Source: Octopus sinensis
Taxonomy: Eukaryota
Length of the DNA: 64,000 nucleotides
NCBI RefSeq assembly: GCF_006345805.1
Contig: NC_043004.1
Span: forward strand, 75,268,001 to 75,332,000
Direction of reading: 5' to 3'
The notes under the pieces are model-generated. The model made no database searches and was not told the DNA's origin. It saw nothing but the letters and a program-made list of their open reading frames with translations. Shown here one piece after another: positions 1-11,016 of the stretch. How positions within the stretch are numbered: the stretch's first letter is position 1; every line of letters begins with the position of its first letter. The translations under genes and the position numbers were made by a program.

Positions 1-2020
1 AGATCAACATGCTGAAATACTGTCAACAGCAACACACCAACCTGACTGCCATCTCGTCGCTAGAGATTAAAAAACATAAACTCCAAAAACAACATGATGT
101 CTATCATCAATAGTCAACGAAGAGCTGAAGAGGCCTGGGCCATTGAGAAGATCAAACTCAATCCCAAAGTGTTCTTTTCATTTGCAAAAAAAACACAGAG
201 TCACTGGTTCTACTGTTGGCCCTCTGATTGATGAAAATGGTACTCTTCAAGACAATGCCAAAACCATGGGAGAGAGATATTGCAGAAACAATATTGCTCT
301 GTTTTCAGCAATCCTGATATGACTGATCTGGGCTGTATCAGTGATGTTACTCCCCAATACACTTTATCGGACATAACATTTGGAGCTCCTGATGTCCTAG
401 CAGCAATAAAGGAAATGAAGCATAATTCAGCAGTAGGTCCCGATAGGTTCCCTGCTTGTGTCTTGAAGATGTGTCAAAACCAACTTGCACCCCCTCTAGC
501 CAATCTGTGGCGGAACTCACTGGATGCTGGATATATACCAGAAGACCTTCTATCCCAGTCTGTTGTCCCAGTTTTCAAAAAAGGAAACAATCGCTTGCCG
601 TGAATTACCGTCCAATCTCACTCACCTCTCATATCATCAAGGTATTTGAGAGGGTGCTGAGATCGCGTATGACTCACTTCCTTGAGAGTCATAATATGCT
701 GAACCCAACCAGCATGGATTCCGTAATGGGAGAGATTGCCTGACGCAGCTACTGCATCATTTTGATGACATTTTGAGAGCCTTGGGAGAAGGTTCCAACA
801 CTGATGTCATCTACCTTGATTTCAGCAAGGCCTTTGACAGGGTTGATCATAAGATCCTTCTGAGAAAGCTGTCCAATATTGGTGTCACTGGAAAGCTGCT
901 GCAGTGGATCAGTGCTTTCTGTCTAACAGAACCCAACATGTTGTAGTCGAGGGAGTCAAATATCCAGCCCAGCCAAAGTCAGCAGTGGTGTCCCACAAGG
1001 CACTGTGTTGGGCCCACTTCTCTTCATCATCTACATAAATGATATTACTGACACCATCAAACACAGTAACATCAGAACCTTCGCTGATGATTCCAAGCTC
1101 CAGAAGGTCATCAATGGCGTGGATGACCGAATAAACCTTCAGTCAGACCTACTGGCTGTTGTCCAATGGGCGGAAAAGAATAACATGTTGCTAAATGAAG
1201 ACAATTCGAACTGATCCACTTTGGAAGGGAGGACGCTCTGAAACTCCCATACTCTCTTCCTTCTGGAGAAATTCTCATGGCATCCAACAACATCAGAGAC
1301 TTGGGAGTAGTAACAGTGGACAACAACATAAGCTGGGCTACACATATAAGCAGCAAAGTTGACATGGCCCGCAGAATGTGTTCCTGGATTCTCAGAACCT
1401 TCCAGTCGAGAGATTCCCACGCTATTATCCTTCTCTTCTCCACTTTTGCCCGACCCCACCTTGAATACTGCTGTCCACTGTGGTCTCCCTACACAAAAAC
1501 AAATATTATGAGAATTGAAGCTCCCCAAAGGTCAATCACAAAAAAGATAGATGGCATGTCAGACCTTGACTACTGGGGTAGACTAGAGAAGCTGAAATTG
1601 TATTCACTCCAACGACGCCGTGAACGCTACATTATCTGTATGATGTGGAAAATATTCCATCAGCACTGTCCAAGGCTTGGACCACGTGCCATCCGTCCAC
1701 AACAGAAATCTAAATCGCATCACATAACGACAATACGGCACAACTATTTCACCTCAATTGGACCCGCTCTCTTCAACACCACACCAGGATACGTCAAAAA
1801 AGATACTGACCACACAAATTCAAGAAGTCTTTGGACAAATTCCTTCAAACAGTACCGGACAAACCACCCACAAACCCGGATATGTCTCCGCAAACAATAA
1901 CTCTCTGCTCGAATGGCCTTGGTGCCCAAATCCTGAACTGAAAGACTTCGCCAGGTGGTGCTATTAAGTTAGACATGGCCTGGGCCAATACTGGCCAAAA
2001 CCTTTCTAAGTTATTCTAAG

Positions 2021-2023
<3 letters not shown>
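1..2023 (+). mobile_element. CR1/L2-clade LINE, frameshifted reverse transcriptase region plus 3' UTR, runs off the 5' window edge
   Basis: ORF pieces give RT motifs: AVGPDRFP, NYRPISLTSHIIKVFERV, DFSKAFDRVDH, GVPQGTVLGPLLF, FADDSKL, RPHLEYCCPLWSP, YSLQRRRERY. Ends in tandem TTCTAAGTTA x2 at 2004-2023. Confidence 0.9.
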
Positions 2024-2066
<43 letters not shown>

Positions 2067-2136
2067 ATATATCTATCTATTGTATATATATATATCTATA
2101 TGTATATATATATATATGTATATATATATCTATATG

Positions 2137-2170
<34 letters not shown>

Positions 2171-2239
2171 CATATAGATATATATATACATATATATATA
2201 TATACATATAGATATATATATACATATAGATAGATATAT

Positions 2240-2290
<51 letters not shown>
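2021..2290. repeat. (TA)n compound microsatellite
   Basis: Direct reading. Confidence 0.95.
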
Positions 2291-2291
<1 letters not shown>

Positions 2292-4162
2292 TTATATATA
2301 TAAAACTGAGAATGTGTGCCTGTCTGCCTCTCACTCTCTCTCTCTGTCTGTCTGTGTTTCCCTAAAACTTGAGAACTACACAACCAATTCCATTCAATTT
2401 TTACACATGCCTTACTTAGGGTCCAAGGAGTGTCATCAGCAAAAAAATGTTAAATTTCTTGCCTAGAGCGAGCCCATAGCAATATCATATCTTCTCCACT
2501 ATTTCAGTATTACATGTTAAAAGTGAAACAAAAACGTTTGATTGATTGATTGATTCTAATTTCAGCTCATGAGCTGTGGCCATGCTGGGGCACCGCCATT
2601 TGGTGTTGCTACATGGTTTTACTTCATGAAAGCTTTTTAGCAACTGACATTTGGTGCATGAGAGAGTTCGATGCAGCTGCCCTCATCTGCACCTCCTGCC
2701 GTGAAGTTGGTTCATCTGGGACACCTGACAGGAAGAGATCCAGTTTCATTTTAAAGACATCTGCATCCACCCCATGCAGGTCTCTTAGGTTCTTCGGGAG
2801 GATATTGAAGAGCTGTGGGCCTCGGAAGCCCAGGCTATCACAGTATTTTGTCCTACATCTGATGGCAAATTTGGAGTCCTAGGCACCATGCAGTGGCGCC
2901 CAGTTCTGGCATTTGTGTAACTCTCGAAGCCAAAGTTGGGACAAGTCCCTCCAGGATCTTCCAGATGTATATATGGCATATCTTTCCCGCCTACGCTCCA
3001 AGGAATATAGTTTTAATCTCTTGAGTTTCCCCCAGTAGCTTATATTCTGCATAGAGGCTATCTTCTTCGTGTAGCTACGTTGGATCGCCTCAAGTTCTGT
3101 GATCAACTTGACACTGGATGGTGACCACAACTGAGAGCAATAGTCAAAGTGGCTTAGGACAAGTGTCCTCCAGAGGACCATCATGGTTTCTTGTTCTAAA
3201 GGTTCTGAGAATCCATCCGGCCAGTCGCCTACATTTCATTGCCAATTTAGCAACATGTACACGAAAGGTTGCGTCATCACTCATGTAAATACCCAGGTCA
3301 CGCACTGATTGTGCCTCTGGGATTGCAATTCCTCCGGGTCCAGTGTATTCTATTTTCTCTATTTCTCTGTTTCTCTATTTTATGTCAGATACTTTCACTT
3401 TAACAATAAAAATAATAACTATTGAATTATATGTAGTAAGTAATAATTAAAATCAAACTAAAGTAACATAACAAAAGTAAAAATAGCAATTGGTATAAAA
3501 TTGCATCAATGATTTGAACTTGAATAAGTGGTTTAACATGAATGGGAATAAATTAAAAATAAAATTAGCGTGCAGAAATGGAATAAACCAGATGGATAAT
3601 AAAAAATTAAATTAAAGAAAAGACTATTGTCTATAAAGTATACAATGTAGAGAAAAAAGATTTGAACACATGGAGGTAAGCACCTTCGAAAAGTGTCTTG
3701 GTGCGACTATGAAAGGTATCTAACCAGAGGCGGTAAATTCGCCACAATAGAAGCAAAGTTGGAGTCAACGGAGCGTACAAGGGAGTACTCGACTCAAACT
3801 TGCAAAGTGGAAATATTTTATTTTTACCTTTATATCTGGGACGTAGGACGTCCCGGAAAAAAATTTTAAATGTCCCTCCTCCCCACCAGAAGTAGAAGTA
3901 GGCTGGATTGTAGCCACACTTCTATACAAGAGGGAGGACAAGATACAATTGATCGAATTTACAAGAGACGGGCTAACAATTCCAGTGTGTTCTATATTTT
4001 GAGTATTGTTATCACTGGCGATATCAAGATATAACTTTGTATTTTGTACTTTATGTGTAGATGTATATATATATAGATGTACATGTAATATGTACACATA
4101 TATATACACATATATACAAGCACTAGCACTATGACCCGGCAACGACGGGTCTTTAATGCTAG
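2289..4162 (+). mobile_element. Non-autonomous Helitron-like element carrying a nested LINE fragment
   Basis: Starts A|TC-TTTATATATATAAAACTGAGAATGTGT at 2289. Ends with hairpin GACCCG-GCAACGA-CGGGTC (4133-4151) followed 7 nt later by CTAG|T (4159-4163). These are Helitron-type termini in an AT target. That both ends belong to one element is inferred. Confidence 0.6.
2538..3360 (-). mobile_element. 5'-truncated CR1/L2-clade LINE 3' end, a different family from 1-2023
   Basis: Minus-strand peptides SVRDLGIYMSDD, ILRTFRTR, SHFDYCSQLWSP, LKLYSLERRRERY. (ATCA)n tail at 2538-2555. Confidence 0.85.
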
Positions 4163-4215
4163 TATATATAAATATATATATACTATATATATATATATAC
4201 AAATACATATATACG

Positions 4216-4462
4216 TTTATATATTTGTTGTGCAAGATTTTTTATGTGAAATCGTGTGTTGAAACAGATATTGTTGTATTTCGGAATGGTCATTTTGCCA
4301 GTTTAGCCAATAACAACACACGCACTATATTTGGTGTTACTTTGGCCGAAATAAGATTAAGTTTAATGTAAAAAATAAATAACACTGAAGCAAAGTAACA
4401 CCAAATATAGTGCATGTGTTGTTATTGGCTAAACTGGCAAAATGACTATTCCGAATACAACA
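4216..4462. mobile_element. Penelope-like family A terminal-repeat fragment folded back as an inverted repeat
   Basis: Arms ~4270-4343 and ~4391-4462 are reverse complements. The same sequence begins the PLE at 11017 and recurs at 32645, 34350 and 58033. Confidence 0.75.
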
Positions 4463-4477
4463 TACATACATACATAC

Positions 4478-4607
<130 letters not shown>

Positions 4608-4609
4608 TA

Positions 4610-6525
4610 TCATCATCATCATCATCAGCGTTTAACATCCGTTTGCCATGCTAGCATGGGTTGCACGATTTTGACTGAGGGCTGGCGAACCAGATGGCTG
4701 CACCAGGCTCCAATCTTGATCTGGCAGAGTTTCTACAGCTGGATGCCCTTCCTAACGCCAACCACTCCGAAAGTGTAGTGGGTGCTTTTTACGTGCCACC
4801 GGCACGGGGGCCAGTCAGGCGGTACTGGCAATGACCTCGCTCGAATCTTTTTACACGTGCCACCGGCACAGGTGCCATGTTGCGCCATTGGAAACAATCA
4901 CGCTCGAATGGTGCCCTTTTACGTGCCATGGGTATGGAAGCCAGTTGGCTGCTCTGGCAACAATCATGCTTGGATGGTGTTCTTGGCACCCTACTAGCAC
5001 AGGCATAAGTGCCAATAAGGTGACACTAGTAATGATCATACTCGAATAGCCGCTCTGTCAACGATCACACTCGTATGGTGCTCTTTGCACCCTGCTAGCA
5101 CAGATGCCAGTCATCGAAATGATTTTAATTTTGATTGTGTCTTCAGTTGCCTCAACAGGTCTTTGCAAGCAGAGTTTAGTGACCAAAGAAGGAAAAGGTA
5201 CGCATACGCGGGCTGGTTACGCTCCTGGCATACTCCACAGGTAATGGTCATATTTGGCTTGCCGGGTCTTCTCGAGCACAGCTTATTTCCAAAAGTCTCG
5301 GTCGTTAGTCATTTCCTTGGTGAGGCCTAATGTTCGAAGGTCGTGCTTCACCACTTCATCACAGGTCTTAGTGGGTCTACCTCTTCCACAGGTTCCCTCA
5401 ACCGCTAGGGTGTGGCACTTTTTCACACAGCTATCCTCATCCATTCTCGCCACATGACCATACCAGTGCAGTGGTCTCTCTTGCACACAGCATCTAAGGC
5501 TTCTTAGGTCCAACTTTTCTCTCAAGGTACTTACACTCTGTCGAATATGCACACTGACATTACACATCCATCGGATCATACTAGCTTCATTTCTTGCGAG
5601 CTTACGTATGTCCTCAGCAGTCACAACCCATATTTCACTGCCGTGTAGCATGGCTGTTCGTACACATGTATCATACAGTCTACCTTTTACTCTGAGCGAG
5701 AGGCCCTTTGTTACCAGCAGAGGTAAGAGCTCTCTGAACTTTGCCCAAGCTATTCTTCTTCTAGCAGCTACACTTTCAGTGCACCCTCCTCCACTACTGA
5801 CTTGGTAACGGAAGCTATCAACTACTTCTAATATTTCTCCCTGGAGTGTGGCAGAAGTTGTTCTCTGCGCATTTTCAGTGTTTATCGCTCCCGAGCATCT
5901 GCCACATACAAAAACTATCTTCCCAGTTAGCCTTCCTTTGATATTACTGCACCTCTTATGTGTCCATAGCTTACACAGGGTACATCTTATAGAGTTTCTG
6001 CCTACGCCTCTACTACAGATCGAGCAGGGCCATCTACCTGAAGAGATTTGTAGTTTGCCTGCCTTCCTACTTATTAGGACTTTGGTTTTAGCTAGGTTGA
6101 TTCTAAGGCCTTTCGATTCTAATCCTTGTTTCCACACTTGAAACTTCTTTAGTTCTGATAGTGACTCAGCAATTAGAGCAAGGTCGTCAGAATAATGGAG
6201 CTCCCAGGGGCATCCTGTCTTGAATTCCTCTTTTATTGCCAGGAGGACTATGATAAATAGGAGGGGGCTGGGGTCTGAACCCTGGTGTACATCAACCTCT
6301 ACCTTGAATTCTTCAGTGTACTCGTTACCAACTCTTACCTTACTTACAGCTTCCCAGTACATGGCTTGCACAGCTCTCACTAACCATTCATCTATCCCTA
6401 ATTTCCTCATTGACCACCAGATAAGGGATCGGGGGACCCTGTCAAAAGCTTTCTCCATGTCAACGAAAGCCAGGTACAGGGGCTTATCTTTGCCTAGGTA
6501 TTTCTCCTGCAGCTGTCTTACCAGA
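4610..6525 (-). mobile_element. 5'-truncated RTE-clade LINE (RT C-terminal half, 3' UTR, (ATG)n tail)
   Basis: ORF 5283-6590: LAFVDMEKAFDRVPR, VHQGSDPSPLLF, HYSDDLAL, PHD-like C4HC3 insert, HWYGHVARM, GRGRPTKT. (CAT)n on the plus strand at 4610-4627. Confidence 0.93.
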
Positions 6526-6780
6526 AATAATATATATATATATACAAATTGAGATAGGGGTTGTAAATGTAACCCTCCATGGGATAACATATATCCAATA
6601 TACTGCTAGTGAAGTACCCAACAAAGTTAATACATAAATGTTAAGGATTGCGATGCAATCAATTCATTTACTGTATTATATGGGCAAAGGTAAAATGATT
6701 TACCACAAATTACTAATACAAGATGAGAAAATGGAGAAGAAATACATCTAAATCAAATATATATATATATATATATAATA

Positions 6781-6830
<50 letters not shown>

Positions 6831-6844
6831 ATATATAATATATT

Positions 6845-7177
6845 GGAGATGTACTCGCATAGCAAGTAATTGATCTGAGATCGTGTGCTGAAACGAAAAC
6901 AATGCAGCGTGGAAGGTGTTTATAAGCCATTAAGAAACACACAAAAGCCGTTCGATTCACTTCAACATTTAAGTTTAACTTTCAAAATATTTTCGTCGCT
7001 AAAATCCGCGACCTGTTCACTGACAAAGTCCGAGATGCAGCACGGACTTTGTCAAGTGAACAGGTCGCGGATTTTAGCGACGAAAATATTTTGAACAAAT
7101 TAAACTTAAATGTTGAAGTGAATCGAACGGCTTTTGTGTTTCTTAAATGGCTTATAAACACTTCCACGCTGCAATTG
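6845..7177. mobile_element. PLE-type terminal repeat as a fold-back palindrome (arms ~6900-7032 and 7043-7177)
   Basis: Arms are direct reverse complements around a 10-nt loop. Each arm contains a hammerhead-like fold. The PLE assignment is inferred from architecture. Confidence 0.6.
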
Positions 7178-7329
7178 TTGATATATAGATATTATATATA
7201 TATATATGTATGTATATATATATATATAAACATTATATATACATATATATATATAGATATATATATATATATATATATACAACATAATATATATGTATGT
7301 ATATATTATATATATAAACATATTATATA

Positions 7330-7390
<61 letters not shown>

Positions 7391-7707
7391 GTTATATATA
7401 TATATAATACATAAAATATATTATATATAGGTATATATATATATATAGATATTATATATATACACAAAGATATACATATATATATATATATATATATATT
7501 CGATTATATTTAAATTTAATTGTAATTCAAATCGAAGTTATAGCCATGAAACGTACGTAGTCTTTTTACTTATCATATATTGTTTATTCCTTTTTTTGTA
7601 CTTTTTGTGATCTAGTTATATGTTTTATAATATATTCTATTTTTTTATGATTTGGTTTATGCCTATCACTCTTTGGATTGCATAATAGTGTTTTTTCTCC
7701 AATTCAC

Positions 7708-7742
<35 letters not shown>

Positions 7743-7747
7743 GTGTA

Positions 7748-7995
7748 TCATCATCAACCTCGTTTAACGTCCGCTTTCCATGCTAGCATGTGTTGGACGA
7801 TTTTGACTGAGGGCTGGCGAACCAGATGGCTGCACCAGGCTCCAATCTTGATTTGGCAGAGTTTCTACAACTGGATGCCCTTTCTAACACCAACCACTCC
7901 GAGAGTGTAGTGGGTTTCCTTTTTACATGCCACCGGCACGGGGGCTAGTCAGGCGGCACTGGCAACGATCACATTGGATGGTGCTCTTGGCACCC
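7748..7995 (-). mobile_element. RTE 3'-tail-derived repeat (SINE or short 3' fragment)
   Basis: Matches the 3' UTR of the RTE at 4610-4800. Confidence 0.8.
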
Positions 7996-8329
7996 TAATA
8001 ATATATATATATTATATAATTATAAATATATATATTATATATATATATAGAGAGAGAGAGAGAGACATATATACATATATATATATATTACATATATATA
8101 ACATATATGTATATAATTGTATATATATATATACATATATACATATATAATATAATATTATAATATATATATACATATATACATTATATATTATATATAT
8201 ATATATATAGATATATATATATATATATAACTATATACATATATATAAATATATATTATATATATATATTATATATATATATATTATATAATATATAATA
8301 TTATAATATATATATATATATATATATAT

Positions 8330-8712
8330 TGGGCTTGATGTATGCAAGGTGGTTGATGCTGGTCGAACATGAAAAACACCTTTCAAGTGTTTGGACTCAC
8401 GGAGGCAATGACAAATGACTGGTGGGACCTTTGGCATTATGTCATGCTTGAGAAGACTCATCAAGCCAAGTAAAATCACTGTCATGACAGATACAAGTGT
8501 CACACAAATGGCACCTTTGCTGGTGGCACGTAAAAGCACCTATTACACATTTGAAGTAGTTGGTGTTAGGAAGGGCATCCAGCAGTAGAAACCGTGTCAA
8601 ATCAGACTGGAGTCCAGTGCAGCCTTCTGGCTTGGCAGCCCCGATCAAACCGTCCAATCCATGCTTGCATGGACTATGGACATTAAATGATGATGATGAT
8701 GATGATGATGAT
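8330..8712 (+). mobile_element. SINE with RTE-type 3' tail
   Basis: Ends …ggacattaaat(GAT)n. Similar to 17940-18345 and 61300-61680. Confidence 0.75.
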
Positions 8713-8769
8713 GTGTGTGTATGTGTATAGATATATATGTATGTCTATATATGTGTGTATATATATATA

Positions 8770-9047
8770 AATTAGAGAAACTACCTTTTATGAATTCAAA
8801 ATGAACAATTAAATTACACCATCTAGAAAATTACATATAATAGAAATATTATATGTAATTAAAATAATAATATACCGATAATTTGTTATTCTACCAAATA
8901 TATACGATTTTATTATTATTTTGCAATTTACTTAATCATCGGTATATTATTGTTATTTTAATTTTAATATTTCTATTACATGTAATTTTCTAGATTGTGT
9001 AATTTAATTGTTCATTTTGAATTGATAAAAGGTGTTTTTCTCTAATT
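8770..9047. repeat. AT-rich fold-back inverted repeat (arms ~8770-8880 and ~8938-9047)
   Basis: aattagagaaa…taccgat is the reverse complement of atcggta…tctctaatt. Confidence 0.8.
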
Positions 9048-9371
9048 TTTATATATATTATATTCTGCGGAATTTGATTTAGTATTTCTAAATTGAATTT
9101 TTCCCTGTAAGTTAGGAATAATATTTCCTCCTCTACATGATATGGCAGTCACTTTGCCTCTTACTCAGATTTTCAGAAATTTTGCATGACTGTATCCGAA
9201 AATTTCTTCACACAACTTGATTAAAAATTCAATATGAGCTATATGTAGACATGCACAAATTCTGTAAGTTTAAAACTTTTCATAGGATCTCCATGAATCG
9301 AACTTTCTTCAATGCAGTTAATCTTACAACCTCTTTTGTATCTTTTGATGTTTGGGAATTCTCTGATGTTT

Positions 9372-9459
9372 TTTCGGCTGACGAGTACGAGCCATCTGTA
9401 TTCACTGCATTTTTTGTAGCTTATTAAAGATGTCCTCGTACGAAACGATCGTACCGAGA
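9372..9459 (+). ncRNA. Type I hammerhead ribozyme (likely PLE-derived)
   Basis: Stem I tttcgg/ccgaga; core CTGACGA 9378-9384; stem II gtacgag/ctcgtac; GAAA 9442-9445; palindromic stem III ACGATCGT; GUA triplet with predicted cleavage after 9453. Confidence 0.85.
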
Positions 9460-9606
9460 TTTTAATCCATTCTTGTTGCTTTTTTCCTATTTGTAATCAC
9501 CCCACTTGTCGTATGGTTAACACCATATAGATTTCCAGTGCATCCTAGTTAAGGACCATATTCATGTGAATTCTTTAGAATTCACTTGAATCTCAATTAC
9601 TTAACC

Positions 9607-9648
<42 letters not shown>

Positions 9649-9778
9649 GCATATTGCTATTTATAATTATAATAATATTATAATTGTAATTATTATCTGT
9701 AATACACAGTACATATATACACATGATTTTTTTATAATTTATATTTTTTGTAAAAGAAAATGTATTTCATAAACTCAC

Positions 9779-9895
9779 TGCAAACTTTTTCATCTGTATT
9801 ATCAGGGCAATCTTTGTATCCATCACATATCCACCGATTTGGTATACACTTTCCACTTGTACACTTGAATTGATTGTGCAAACACTTCCTTGAAG
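9779..9895 (-). CDS. LRP2: LRP2/megalin-like exon (LDL-receptor class A repeat)
   Basis: tatag|CT TCA AGG…TGC A|gtgagt; 117 nt, phase 1/1; (P)[38 protein letters not shown]. In frame with exon 12957-13247. Confidence 0.9.
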
Positions 9896-10156
9896 CTATA
9901 TATGTTAAGAAAATATAAGAATTTCAATGAGAACACAGATATTAATTGCCTTTTTCTGTGTGAATAAAGTTTGTTTAATTACAGTATTTTCCTGCATAAA
10001 AGATGTAGTCTCACATACAAAGCATTCCAACATTACAAGTATATATTCTTGTCATTCAGTCATTGCAAATATTTTGCAGGTGGGTGAAAGTTTGTTAACA
10101 TTACTTTGATTTTTCTGTGAGTATTTTCCACTTGGATGTTTAAAAATCTTTATTAA

Positions 10157-10318
10157 AGGTGCAGCATGGCTACGTGGTAAGAAGCTTGCTTCCTAATCGC
10201 ATGGTTCCGGGTTCAGTCCTACTGCATGACACCTTGGGCAAGTGTCTTCTATTATAGCCTCAGGCCAGCCAAAGCCTTGTAAGTGGATTTGGCAGATGGA
10301 AACTGAAAGACCCCCATC

Positions 10319-10320
<2 letters not shown>
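10157..10320 (+). mobile_element. tRNA-derived SINE head
   Basis: A-box-like TGGCTACGTGGTAAG and B-box-like GGTTCAGTCC. Reverse-complement copies at 16838, 17270, 34740 and 63770. Confidence 0.8.
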
Positions 10321-10365
<45 letters not shown>

Positions 10366-10370
10366 CATAC

Positions 10371-10417
<47 letters not shown>

Positions 10418-10537
10418 TGAGTTGGGTACAAAAATTCAGGGTGAGTACTTGATAATTATAAGCACCTGTATATACCGTTTGGTGGTGTAGGTGGTGAAGT
10501 AAATTAATCAAAATAACAACATGATGCCAAGGATTCA

Positions 10538-10615
10538 GCGGTACATATGTTTCGGACCTTTATTAGACAAATTTATAACAATGCATAATGTGTGTCTATG
10601 GCCTTCTTCAGCCGC
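10538..10615 (-). ncRNA. Hammerhead ribozyme motif (left arm copy)
   Basis: Reverse complement reads gcgg-CTGAAGA-aggcc…ggtcc-GAAAC-atat-GTA-ccgc. A·C mismatch at the base of stem II. Confidence 0.65.
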
Positions 10616-10839
10616 GCACAATTACTACTTCAAGGACATGTATTACATCAAAAATTCTACGTTGGGGATGCAAATCCTCTCAGTCGCGTATGACATAATG
10701 CGGTACCAGCACAAAAATGAAGTGTCCATCCCGTCTTTCTCTGTGCTGGTACCGCATTATGTCGTATGCAACTGAGAGGATTTGCATCCCCAACGTAGAA
10801 TTTTTGATGTAATACATGTCCTTGAAGTAGTAATTGTGC

Positions 10840-10917
10840 GCGGCTGAAGAAGGCCATAGACACACATTATGCATTGTTATAAATCCGTCTAATAAAGGCC
10901 CGAAACATATGTACCGC
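10840..10917 (+). ncRNA. Hammerhead ribozyme motif (right arm copy)
   Basis: gcgg-CTGAAGA(10844)-aggcc…ggccc-GAAAC(10902)-atat-GTA-ccgc. Palindromic ACATATGT stem III; A·C mismatch at the base of stem II. Confidence 0.7.
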
Positions 10918-10973
10918 TGAATCCTTGGCATCATGTTTTTATTTTGATTAATTTATATATATATATATACATA

Positions 10974-11009
<36 letters not shown>

Positions 11010-11016
11010 TGTATGT

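Larger units (their letters stand above)
10415..10953. mobile_element. PLE-type terminal repeat as a fold-back (arms ~10506-10713 and ~10742-10953)
   Basis: Arms are reverse complements and each carries a hammerhead motif. A related fragment lies at 60494-60610. Confidence 0.75.

Noticed and set aside
3765-4235. 156-aa minus-strand ORF within the Helitron-like element
   Set aside because: Starts in a microsatellite and shows no Rep/helicase or other motif.
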